64,000 nucleotides of DNA from the IMG/VR virus record IMGVR_UViG_3300014205_000173; one strand, given 5' to 3'. Within the stretch, counting starts at the first letter, position 1; each line of letters begins with the position of its first letter. This stretch comes from a virus (lineage: Duplodnaviria > Caudoviricetes). Positions 19,511 to 27,118 of this stretch are shown here, piece by piece. The notes under the pieces are model-generated. The model was not told the DNA's origin and ran no database searches. It was given only the letters and a program-made list of their open reading frames with translations. The translations under genes and the position numbers were made by a program.

Positions 19511-20047
19511 TTATCCTAACGTAATAATATCTTTTTTATCAACAAGAGAAAGCGAAATATCTTCATCAAAAAAATCTATTTTCCAAAATGTATTTAAAAC
19601 AACCAAATCTCTCTTAGTATCAAAACCATCTTTTAAATTAAACATTAATCCTGTAGACACTACTTTTTTTGCAACAACAAGGAGTTCTTCTGTAGCTAAA
19701 GATAAATCAAAATAATTTTGTTCTTTAATTTCACTATATGACCAACTAAGACGATCTTTTGTTGAATTATATATTCCTTCAATTGGAATATTATCTATAT
19801 TAAGTATTACTAAATAATCCTTATTATTATCAAGACCAGATAAATCATCTTCATAAAACATGAATTTATCTTTAACAATTATTTTATAGTCATTCATTTC
19901 ACAAAAGAAATCATAAACAGGAAGACCTACTTCTTTTTTATTTTTGTTTAAATTATCGTTTTCTTCTAGCTTTCTAAAACATTCTTTTTGTAGATCTTTT
20001 AATTCTAATCCTGATAGTATTTTTGTTATTAATAGTAAATTTAACAT
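19511..20047 (-). CDS. hypothetical protein (start probably MLNLL at 20047)
   Basis: ORF; earlier starts overlap the upstream gene. Confidence 0.6.
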   Translation of the reverse strand: MLNLLLITKILSGLELKDLQKECFRKLEENDNLNKNKKEVGLPVYDFFCEMNDYKIIVKDKFMFYEDDLSGLDNNKDYLVILNIDNIPIEGIYNSTKDRLSWSYSEIKEQNYFDLSLATEELLVVAKKVVSTGLMFNLKDGFDTKRDLVVLNTFWKIDFFDEDISLSLVDKKDIITLG

Positions 20048-20060
20048 TTTGTTATCTTTC

Positions 20061-20345
20061 TTAAAAGGAAGGAAATTCAAATCCATCTTTTTCCGCACTA
20101 TCATAATTCACAATTCCTTCAGGATAGTTACAATTTCCTAAAGATCTAATTTTAACCTTAAAATAATCTCTTACATCTGTATGATTACAATGTTTTTTAT
20201 GATAAAAATATTTTGCTTTACTTCTTGTTTCTGCTGCAATAAACAAAACATCTCGCCCAAGATATGTTGGACCAGAAAATTCTGGATATCCTAACTCAAT
20301 TTCCTTATATTCATATTCTTCAGATAGAAGAGCAAATAATTTCAT
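20061..20345 (-). CDS. hypothetical phage protein
   Basis: AETRSKAK motif. Confidence 0.6.
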   Translation of the reverse strand: MKLFALLSEEYEYKEIELGYPEFSGPTYLGRDVLFIAAETRSKAKYFYHKKHCNHTDVRDYFKVKIRSLGNCNYPEGIVNYDSAEKDGFEFPSF

Positions 20346-20617
20346 AATAGCTTTTCCTTTTTAGCAACAATTGCACGAATACAAACAAATGAAACATCCA
20401 GAATCTCGGATTCAAAACATAACACATCTTGCAAATGAGCCTCTTCACAGGCTTCACCATATTCCTCAGTGAGCTTACCTACAGCCTCAGACAATGAGAC
20501 AAATGGATATTGAGAAGATTTCTTTTTTGATATTTTTTCCATTGCTCTCTTTTTCATCTTAAGAAGAGCAAAATCAATATCGCTTTCTGTCAACTCTTTG
20601 ATTTCTATTTTTTTCAA
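20342..20617 (-). CDS. MazG-like NTP pyrophosphohydrolase fold
   Basis: LTEEYGE...EILDV. Confidence 0.6.
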   Translation of the reverse strand: MKKIEIKELTESDIDFALLKMKKRAMEKISKKKSSQYPFVSLSEAVGKLTEEYGEACEEAHLQDVLCFESEILDVSFVCIRAIVAKKEKLL

Positions 20618-20650
20618 TAAAGATCTTCCAATAAGAGATTATATTAAAAC

Positions 20651-20698
20651 AGAATATTTTGTCATACTTTTAAAGTCAACCACCATTTAAATTGGGCC
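20651..20698 (-). promoter_or_regulatory. sigma70-like promoter with GGCC box
   Basis: TTGGCC-N15-TTGACT-N17-TATTCT. Confidence 0.7.
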
Positions 20699-20708
20699 AA
20701 ATAAAACA

Positions 20709-21110
20709 CTACAACAAACTAAATGACTGAGTTTCAAAATCAACATTCCATCCATTTCTAGAAAGAATGTCGTAAATTTCGTCATTAGTAACAAAAATAT
20801 CTTTATATTCCAATATTACCCTAACTTCCTCAACCCTTACCCATTCTGACTCTCTTCTCTTTGTATTTGATGCAATTTCTTTAATGGAAATTAAAACATA
20901 AGGATAAATATTATTATCCAGATACTTTTCTCTTTCTACTATTGAGTTTTTATATATTTCAGCAACTTCCTTCATAAACTTATTTGGTAATGGACTTGTA
21001 AGCTTAACATATATAAGCATGGAAACAATAAACGCAAACACCACAACTGTACCAATTTCAATTGGACCCATTACTGTAAGAATTTCAATTAGACATTTTT
21101 TGGGTTTCAT
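20709..21110 (-). CDS. single-TM hypothetical protein
   Basis: N-terminal hydrophobic helix. Confidence 0.6.
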   Translation of the reverse strand: MKPKKCLIEILTVMGPIEIGTVVVFAFIVSMLIYVKLTSPLPNKFMKEVAEIYKNSIVEREKYLDNNIYPYVLISIKEIASNTKRRESEWVRVEEVRVILEYKDIFVTNDEIYDILSRNGWNVDFETQSFSLL

Positions 21111-21141
21111 AAAATTTCATCTCAACAAATAAACATTATAT

Positions 21142-21900
21142 CTACCATTTTATATTTTCAATACACATCAAAATCTTTTGAATATCAGCACAATAAAATC
21201 CCGCACAATTAATACATCCACATTCAATGATTTTACATCCTTCATCCGTTAACGCAATATCCATTACAAATGCCTTTGCAAGCTGATAGACATCAACCAT
21301 TTTTTGGCAAAAATTTGCTGATTCTTCATCAACCATATCTATAATAGATACTCTTCCGTTCATTTTATATTGACTTCCAGTAATTACTTTACCATCTACA
21401 ATATAAAATCTAAATTCCCTATAAATTTTTTTTGGAGAAGAAATCTGAATCATAGTTGATTTTCTTGCAAAATCATTATTCCAATGAATATCACGGGACT
21501 TAATCCATTCATCTTTCGTAAAAAATACTTTACCATCAAATTCTTTAGTGTCCAAAGTTGGCCTAATGAATTTTGGACCATCCCATTCCCACTCATCATC
21601 CATTCTACAAACAATGGAATCGTAATTTAGTAGATTAGATCCATATTTATCTCTATAAATTTCAAAATTATGATTCTCAGTCATGAGAGAACCCGGAATC
21701 CAATCGTACTTCTTTGCTAAACGAGCAAGTTTAATTGCTCCAAATACAAATACATCTTTTCTATCTGTTTGAAAATCTAATTCTTCAATAAAATGACGAA
21801 CATTGATAAATTCATGATCCAAACCTAGTCTTTCTAGTGACGCAACAAGATTCCTATATCCATTTTCACAAAAAAGATTATTCTGTACTAGATAAAACAT
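21142..21900 (-). CDS. ATP-grasp (DUF4343/R2K-like) protein
   Basis: FIRP..KEFDG, EFRFYIVDGKVITGSQY, FVMDIA..KIIE..N..GFY; start MFYLVQ avoids overlap with tRNA-Cys. Confidence 0.85.
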   Translation of the reverse strand: MFYLVQNNLFCENGYRNLVASLERLGLDHEFINVRHFIEELDFQTDRKDVFVFGAIKLARLAKKYDWIPGSLMTENHNFEIYRDKYGSNLLNYDSIVCRMDDEWEWDGPKFIRPTLDTKEFDGKVFFTKDEWIKSRDIHWNNDFARKSTMIQISSPKKIYREFRFYIVDGKVITGSQYKMNGRVSIIDMVDEESANFCQKMVDVYQLAKAFVMDIALTDEGCKIIECGCINCAGFYCADIQKILMCIENIKW

Positions 21901-21937
21901 ATCAAATCTTCCTATACATATCTTTATATAAAAAATA

Positions 21938-22022
21938 AGCACATGGAGGGATTCGAACCCCCGAAGAACTTTCGTTCAACTGCTTTGCAGGCAGCTTCAA
22001 TTGACCACTCTGACACATGTGC
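21938..22022 (-). tRNA. tRNA-Cys(GCA) with long variable arm, no encoded CCA
   Basis: GCACATG/CATGTGC-U73; GCTGC-CTGCAAA-GCAGT; V arm GAAC-GAAA-GTTC; GGGGG-TTCGAAT-CCCTC. Confidence 0.85.
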
Positions 22023-22044
22023 AATTCAAACAACTATTATATTT

Positions 22045-22272
22045 TTAATAATCTATCTTTATATTAGGCTTTAACTCTTCTGCATATTCACAACACCTTA
22101 CCCATCTTGCCCAACTCAACGGCTTAATGCGAAGAAGACCTAATCCAACTGGAGCATCTTTCATTTTTTTTAATTGTTCCATTTTATACAAAAAAAATGG
22201 ATAGGTTACATATTGATTAATCCATAAAACAAAAACTCTACAATACCACAACTTACTTTTTTCTATTTTCAT
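22045..22272 (-). CDS. small hypothetical protein within tRNA cluster
   Basis: ORF with AGGAG SD. Confidence 0.6.
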   Translation of the reverse strand: MKIEKSKLWYCRVFVLWINQYVTYPFFLYKMEQLKKMKDAPVGLGLLRIKPLSWARWVRCCEYAEELKPNIKIDY

Positions 22273-22302
22273 TATTATCTCCTTTTTTCATCTTTTATAA
22301 AG

Positions 22303-22378
22303 TGGTCAGGATGGTCAGGATCGAACTGACGACATCTCGCTCCCAAAGCGAGTGCTCTACCATCTGAGCTACACCCTG
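22303..22378 (-). tRNA. tRNA-Pro(TGG)
   Basis: CAGGGTG/CATCCTG, CTCGC-TTTGGGA-GCGAG, A73, CCA. Confidence 0.95.
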
Positions 22379-22393
22379 ACAATTCAAAAACTA

Positions 22394-22538
22394 AGGTAAG
22401 AAAAGTGAGATTCGAACTCACACAAATAGGTCTTCCCTGTTTCGAGAAACAAGCAATCACGTTAATTGCCTGTTTTTATCTCTCTCGTCCTTTTTATTAT
22501 AAGGCAAACGGCTATACCAATAACCGAATATTCTTACC
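22394..22538 (-). ncRNA. oversized tRNA-like RNA (Sec-like scaffold, no defined anticodon)
   Basis: GGTAAGAA/TTCTTACC closing stem, CGGTTAT-TGGT-ATAGCCG D arm, GTGAG-TTCGAAT-CTCAC T arm. Confidence 0.7.
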
Positions 22539-22548
22539 AAATTTAAAA

Positions 22549-22625
22549 TGGGGTGGCTGAAGAGGTTCGAACTCTCTACCTTCTGACTCACAATCAGACG
22601 TTCTTCCAAATGAACTACAACCACC
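22549..22625 (-). tRNA. tRNA-His(GTG) with encoded G-1
   Basis: G-GTGGTTG/CAGCCAC-C-CCA, TCTGA-TTGTGAG-TCAGA. Confidence 0.95.
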
Positions 22626-22655
22626 ATAAAATTTTTTGCTCCAATTAAAAAAATT

Positions 22656-22731
22656 TGGCTCCCCCACATGGGCTCGAACCACGAACCTACGGATTAACAA
22701 TCCGCCGCTCTACCGATTGAGCTATAGGGGA
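22656..22731 (-). tRNA. tRNA-Asn(GTT)
   Basis: TCCCCTA/TGGGGGA-G-CCA, GCGGA-TTGTTAA-TCCGT. Confidence 0.95.
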
Positions 22732-22754
22732 ACATTAAACAGAGCACCTGATTA

Positions 22755-23171
22755 CTTACTACTACGATTTTCATCGCCAACTTTTAACCTTGGATGAATC
22801 ATCATCTGTATTAAAATGTTGTTTGTAGTCTGGACCATGCCATAACCATGAGTCCTTGCTTGAAACCCATTCCATCCTTAGTAGAAGTTGGTATTTCAAT
22901 AGGATTTCTTTTAGGTCCCTACCGTCTGGCCTCTACACATTCCATATTTCCTAATTCCGAATGGGAATTCAGCCCATTATCTTCTCTTTTGGAGGGAGAC
23001 GCTCTAACTTAAGCTACTTCACAGAAATATGTTAGCTCGGCGTTGTCTCAATGCTAGCTAGTTCATTAGGGAGTTCACCGCAAATATAGAATTTTTTACC
23101 AGAAAATTTATATTTGTTTGATTTGATAGGTTTTTCAATCATAGTTTCCTATGAAAGCTGCTATTCAGTTT
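22755..23171 (-). mobile_element. group I self-splicing intron, 417 nt, no homing-endonuclease ORF
   Basis: P1 exon CTGT/IGS GCAG with U-G at splice site; P4 CGGTG/CGCCG; J6/7-P7 GTAGAGGCCA with GGCATGGTCC; P9 CGAT-GAAA-ATCG; terminal G; P10 CTGAATA/TAATCAG. Confidence 0.85.
22953..23023 (-). other. tRNA-Trp(CCA)-like cloverleaf nested in intron P6 region
   Basis: TA-GCTT-AAGTTA-GAGC-G-TCTCC-CTCCAAA-AGAGA-AGATA-ATGGG-CTGAATT-CCCAT; acceptor stem degenerate. Confidence 0.6.
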
Positions 23172-23237
23172 ACAGTCAGGTGCTCTGCAAATTATTAATG
23201 CAAGAGCAAAAAATCTTATTAGTTTTTCAAAGAACAA

Positions 23238-23357
23238 TTTGGTTTGGCAAATTCTATTGTGCTGGATAGTTAGTTTCGTTTACTCGATATCTGACGAATA
23301 CGCAGCGACCCTTGAGACGTTATCTCTTCGAATTATACAACTATCTCTCAAACCAAA
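23238..23357 (-). ncRNA. unassigned multi-stem structured RNA candidate
   Basis: TTTGGTTTG/CAAACCAAA and GATAGTT/AACTATC nested stems enclosing GAGAT/GTCTC and TATTCG/CGAGTA hairpins; strand assumed from neighbours. Confidence 0.45.
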
Positions 23358-23367
23358 AACACTTCAG

Positions 23368-24000
23368 TTACACCTGAATTAATTTATCAGCCAAACTTTC
23401 ATTTCTAGGAACAATAATTTCAAAGTATTTCTCATTAGTTTTAATTATGTGTTCTTTGTCATTAAGTTCCTTATCTGAGTTAACGATATTAATAGCATAA
23501 TCTTTCTTGGAAAAATATTCTGGATTAGACTTAAACAAAGCAACAATCTTTGGATTACTTCTAAATGCAATAGTTTTTTGATTAAAAGTAATAAAAGCTT
23601 TAGTTGGTCCATCGTTGGTTTCAACCATTCCACAAACATTAAAGTTAGGAAATGTCCAAACATTGTCAGAACAAAACTGAAAAAGATAGTGATTAAAATA
23701 CGTATTTTCTTTTTCAAAATGTTCTTTTGTAAAATTATCAAAATTATTTTCAATTTCAAATTCAAGTTTGTTAAAAACATATCCTCTAAAATCAATACCA
23801 GAAAAATCTAAAAAGTCTTTAATTACAAAGCTATTTTTTATGTGAGAAACAATATATTTATCAACCGTTTCTTTAACAAATTTTTTAACAGTCATATAGG
23901 AATATAAATGTTTTTCAGACTTAATTACTTCAAAAACCTTTATCGGGTTTTTAATAATACCCATATTGTCGTGGCAAATATGACCTAACAAAATTTCCAT
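23368..24000 (-). CDS. hypothetical protein
   Basis: ORF with SD. Confidence 0.65.
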   Translation of the reverse strand: MEILLGHICHDNMGIIKNPIKVFEVIKSEKHLYSYMTVKKFVKETVDKYIVSHIKNSFVIKDFLDFSGIDFRGYVFNKLEFEIENNFDNFTKEHFEKENTYFNHYLFQFCSDNVWTFPNFNVCGMVETNDGPTKAFITFNQKTIAFRSNPKIVALFKSNPEYFSKKDYAINIVNSDKELNDKEHIIKTNEKYFEIIVPRNESLADKLIQV

Positions 24001-24108
24001 TGTGATTTCCCTTTCAATATTTAGCTATACAGCTAAAGTTGTAAATTATTCTGAGTCATACAACTCACAGTTAAAGTATATTCTAATTCAACATATTATC
24101 TTTTAAAT

Positions 24109-24588
24109 CTAACTTGAAACTGCTTCATTCTCTTCAGAGGGCTTGAAGGAAAGTCCATGAATAGCCTTGTATCGACTAATAGCCTTTAGGTCTCCGATTG
24201 CAAAAACCCTAATCTTTCTACGAAGAGACTTGTCTTCAGTAATACTTTCAAGAGCACGATTTAATGAGATAATTCTACCGCTACGCTTAGTAAATGGATC
24301 GGAAGGACTACAGTAAGCTGTTGCAACTGCAAGTGGTGTGTAACCATCCTTATTAACCTGTTCAATTCTACATTCAACAAAACGGCAAGAAATTACCTGC
24401 CCATTACTACGACGAATTTCCTTAGTATAACTTAGCTTAGGATTTTCTTCGTTTTTCTCACCATAAAAGAATCTAACAGAAATTTCTTTCCCTAACTCTT
24501 CTACCATGAATTTACGCTTCATTGATTTACGCTTCATTGAGGTTTCCTGTTCTTTGTTTAGTTTTTCTGCTCTGTGTTTACTTTTCAT
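24109..24588 (-). CDS. conserved phage hypothetical protein
   Basis: AYCSPSDPFTKRSGRIISLNRAL motif; own promoter; 15-bp repeat encoding SMKRK x2. Confidence 0.7.
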   Translation of the reverse strand: MKSKHRAEKLNKEQETSMKRKSMKRKFMVEELGKEISVRFFYGEKNEENPKLSYTKEIRRSNGQVISCRFVECRIEQVNKDGYTPLAVATAYCSPSDPFTKRSGRIISLNRALESITEDKSLRRKIRVFAIGDLKAISRYKAIHGLSFKPSEENEAVSS

Positions 24589-24642
24589 TGGAATTTCCTT
24601 TTCTTTGATAGTTTTTGGTGTTTCTTTCGCTCAACTGTTTTT

Positions 24643-24682
24643 ATTCTACACACCCAACTTTACAACACAAGCCCTTTTGGCC
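24643..24682 (-). promoter_or_regulatory. sigma70-like promoter with GGCC box
   Basis: GTGGCC-N8-TTGTGT-N16-TAGAAT, TG extended. Confidence 0.55.
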
Positions 24683-24714
24683 ACTATTTACGACAATTTC
24701 TTTACAACTTTCAC

Positions 24715-25215
24715 CTAATTAATTATACTATTATATTTTACACAATAACCATTAGAATTTTCTGTTTTAATTAAATTATTATTTGAATCATATTCAAGCT
24801 TTTCCCAATAACCACCAGCACCTTCTTCTTTAATTAAATTATTATTGGAATCATATTCAAACTCTACAAAATAACCACTACTACATTCTTGTTTAATTAA
24901 ATTACCTTTATCGTCAAAATGTTTTTTATAACCCTCTTTTTCTACAATCAAATTAGATAAATTCACTTCTTCTAAAATCTTAATCTTATCAGTTACTGAT
25001 TTATTTCCTTCTGTTTTAATTTCTCCTAAAGCTTCTACCTTAAAAACTTTAGTGTCTTTCTTTGGATAGTAATATTCAAATACATCATATAAGTCTTGAC
25101 AGAAATGAAACCCATTTTTACACATTATTAATTTACCGTCTAAATTATATGTTTGCCCAACTTCATAAAGTTGGTCTTTACATTTACCATTTTCTGTTGC
25201 CTTATAACCAATCAT
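24715..25215 (-). CDS. MIGYKAT/GFHFC-head protein with YD-like repeats, copy 3
   Basis: same head, about 3 repeats. Confidence 0.8.
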   Translation of the reverse strand: MIGYKATENGKCKDQLYEVGQTYNLDGKLIMCKNGFHFCQDLYDVFEYYYPKKDTKVFKVEALGEIKTEGNKSVTDKIKILEEVNLSNLIVEKEGYKKHFDDKGNLIKQECSSGYFVEFEYDSNNNLIKEEGAGGYWEKLEYDSNNNLIKTENSNGYCVKYNSIIN

Positions 25216-25220
25216 ATTAA

Positions 25221-25946
25221 TTATCCTTTACCATATTCTATGTCAATACATTCATTGTTTTCATCATATTTAAATTTTACCCAATTACCATTAGAATGAT
25301 CTCTTTTAATTAAATTATTATTTGAATCATATTCATCCTTTTCCCAATCACCATCAGAATTTTCATATTTAATTAAATTATTGTTTTCGTCATATTCAAA
25401 CTCTTTCCAATATCCATTAGAATATTGTTCTTTGATTACATCATTATTTGAATTATATTCCTTTTTTGCCCAATTACCATAAGAATATTCTTTTTTAATT
25501 AAATTGCTATTTAAATCATATTCATATTTCTCCCAAGAACCTCCAGAACATTCTGTTTTAATACAATTATTATTTTCATCATATTCAAACCTTTCCCAAG
25601 AGCCCTCAGAAGAATCTTCTCTTTTAATATAATTTCTTTTATCATCAAAATACTTTTTAATACCATATTTTTCTATAATCAAATTAGATAGTTTAACTTC
25701 TTCTAAAATCTTAATTTTATCAGTTACTGATTTATTTCCTTCAGTATCAATATTACCTAAAGCTTCTACATTAAAAACTTTGATATCTTTATTTGGATAG
25801 TAATATTCAAATACATCATATAAGTCTTGACAGAAATGAAACCCATTTTTACATATTTTCATTTTACCATCTAAAGTATATATTTCCCCAACTTCATAAA
25901 GCTGGTTTTTACATTTTCCATTTTTAGTTGCTTTATAACCAATCAT
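25221..25946 (-). CDS. MIGYKAT/GFHFC-head protein with YD-like repeats, copy 4
   Basis: same head, about 7 repeats. Confidence 0.8.
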   Translation of the reverse strand: MIGYKATKNGKCKNQLYEVGEIYTLDGKMKICKNGFHFCQDLYDVFEYYYPNKDIKVFNVEALGNIDTEGNKSVTDKIKILEEVKLSNLIIEKYGIKKYFDDKRNYIKREDSSEGSWERFEYDENNNCIKTECSGGSWEKYEYDLNSNLIKKEYSYGNWAKKEYNSNNDVIKEQYSNGYWKEFEYDENNNLIKYENSDGDWEKDEYDSNNNLIKRDHSNGNWVKFKYDENNECIDIEYGKG

Positions 25947-25968
25947 ATTTATTTTCCTTTTTACCCAA

Positions 25969-26499
25969 TCAACATAAGGATTCTGTTTTAATTAAATTAT
26001 TGTTTGAATCATATTCATATTTTTCCCAATAACCCTCAGAATCTTCATATTTAATTAAATTATTGTTTTCGTCATATTCCCATTTTTCCCAAGAATCACC
26101 AGAATATTCCGCTTTAATTAAATTATTATTTTCATCATACTCAAACTTTTCCCAAAAACCATCAGAATATTCTGTTTTAATATAATTATCTTTGTCATCA
26201 AAATACTTTTTAATACCGTATTTTTCTACAATCAAATTGCTTAAACTAACTTCTTCTAAAATCATAATCTTATCAGTAACTGATTTATTTTCTTCTGTTT
26301 CAATATTACCTAAAGCTTCTATTTTAAAAACTTTAGTGTCTTTATTTGGATAGTAATATTCAAAAACATCAATTAAATCTTTACAAAAGTGAAAACCTTT
26401 TTCACACATTTTCATTTTGCCATCCAAAGTATACGTTTGCCCAACTTCATAAAGTTGGTCTTTACATTTACCATTTTCTGTTGCTTTATAACCAATCAT
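25969..26499 (-). CDS. MIGYKAT/GFHFC-head protein with YD-like repeats, copy 5
   Basis: same head, about 4 repeats. Confidence 0.8.
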   Translation of the reverse strand: MIGYKATENGKCKDQLYEVGQTYTLDGKMKMCEKGFHFCKDLIDVFEYYYPNKDTKVFKIEALGNIETEENKSVTDKIMILEEVSLSNLIVEKYGIKKYFDDKDNYIKTEYSDGFWEKFEYDENNNLIKAEYSGDSWEKWEYDENNNLIKYEDSEGYWEKYEYDSNNNLIKTESLC

Positions 26500-26975
26500 A
26501 TTGATAGTCCTTTACCATTTATTAATTTAATAGGATTGCTATTTTCGTCATATTCACATTTTTCCCAATAACCCTTGGAATCCTCACGTTTAATTCGATC
26601 ACCATTTTCATTATATTCATATTTTACCCAATAACCATAAGAATATTCTTCTTTAATTAAGTTGCAATTATTATCAAAATATTTTTTATAACCATTTTTT
26701 TCTACAACCATATTACTTAAATTAAGTTCTTCTAAAATCTTAATCTTATCTGTTACTGATTTGCCATATACGGTTTCAGTATTTCCTAAAGCCTCTACTT
26801 TAAAAACTTTTATATTTTTATTTTCTGGATAATAAAAAAATACAGTATATAAATCTTCACAGAAATGAAATCCTCTTTTACATATTTCCATTTCACCATC
26901 TAAAGTATATGTTTGGCCAACTTCATAAAGTTGGTTTATACATTTCCCATTATAAGTTGCTTTATAACCAATCAT
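26496..26975 (-). CDS. MIGYKAT/GFHFC-head protein with YD-like repeats, copy 6
   Basis: same head, about 3 repeats. Confidence 0.8.
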   Translation of the reverse strand: MIGYKATYNGKCINQLYEVGQTYTLDGEMEICKRGFHFCEDLYTVFFYYPENKNIKVFKVEALGNTETVYGKSVTDKIKILEELNLSNMVVEKNGYKKYFDNNCNLIKEEYSYGYWVKYEYNENGDRIKREDSKGYWEKCEYDENSNPIKLINGKGLSI

Positions 26976-27002
26976 ATAAGAGTGTCCTTTAATTTAAAAA
27001 AA

Positions 27003-27091
27003 TGGAGGTGAGAGTGAGATTCGAACTCACGAAACCTTTCGGTTTGAAGGTTTTCAAGACCTTTGCAATAATCCATCTCTGCCATCTCACC
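27003..27091 (-). tRNA. tRNA-Ser(TGA)
   Basis: GGTGAGA/TCTCACC-T-CCA, AAGGT-CTTGAAA-ACCTT, long V arm AAACC-GAAA-GGTTT. Confidence 0.95.
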
Positions 27092-27118
27092 ATAATTTTA
27101 ATTAATATTTTTTAAAAA

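Larger units (their letters stand above)
22740..23187 (-). ncRNA. anticodon-stem-loop mini-gene (exons 23187-23172 and 22754-22740) interrupted by group I intron
   Basis: perfect 12-bp inverted repeat CAGAGCACCTGA/TCAGGTGCTCTG; ligated loop CTGTTAA. Confidence 0.7.

Noticed and set aside
22394-22538. tmRNA
   Set aside because: Too short, has a paired D stem, lacks the G3-U70 Ala acceptor, tag ORF and CCA
22275-22700. ORF-track entries 22275..22460, 22457..22669 and 22512..22700
   Set aside because: They overlap tRNA-Pro, tRNA-His, tRNA-Asn and the tRNA-like RNA; they are shadow ORFs
23285-23330. Canonical hammerhead ribozyme (plus-strand CTGACGA)
   Set aside because: No correctly placed GAAA or stem II on that strand; the minus strand lacks the CUGANGA core
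24715-26975. Diversity-generating retroelement or CRISPR explanation for the repeats
   Set aside because: No reverse transcriptase, non-coding template repeat or cas gene in the window; repeats are in-frame coding units and variation is not obviously adenine-restricted
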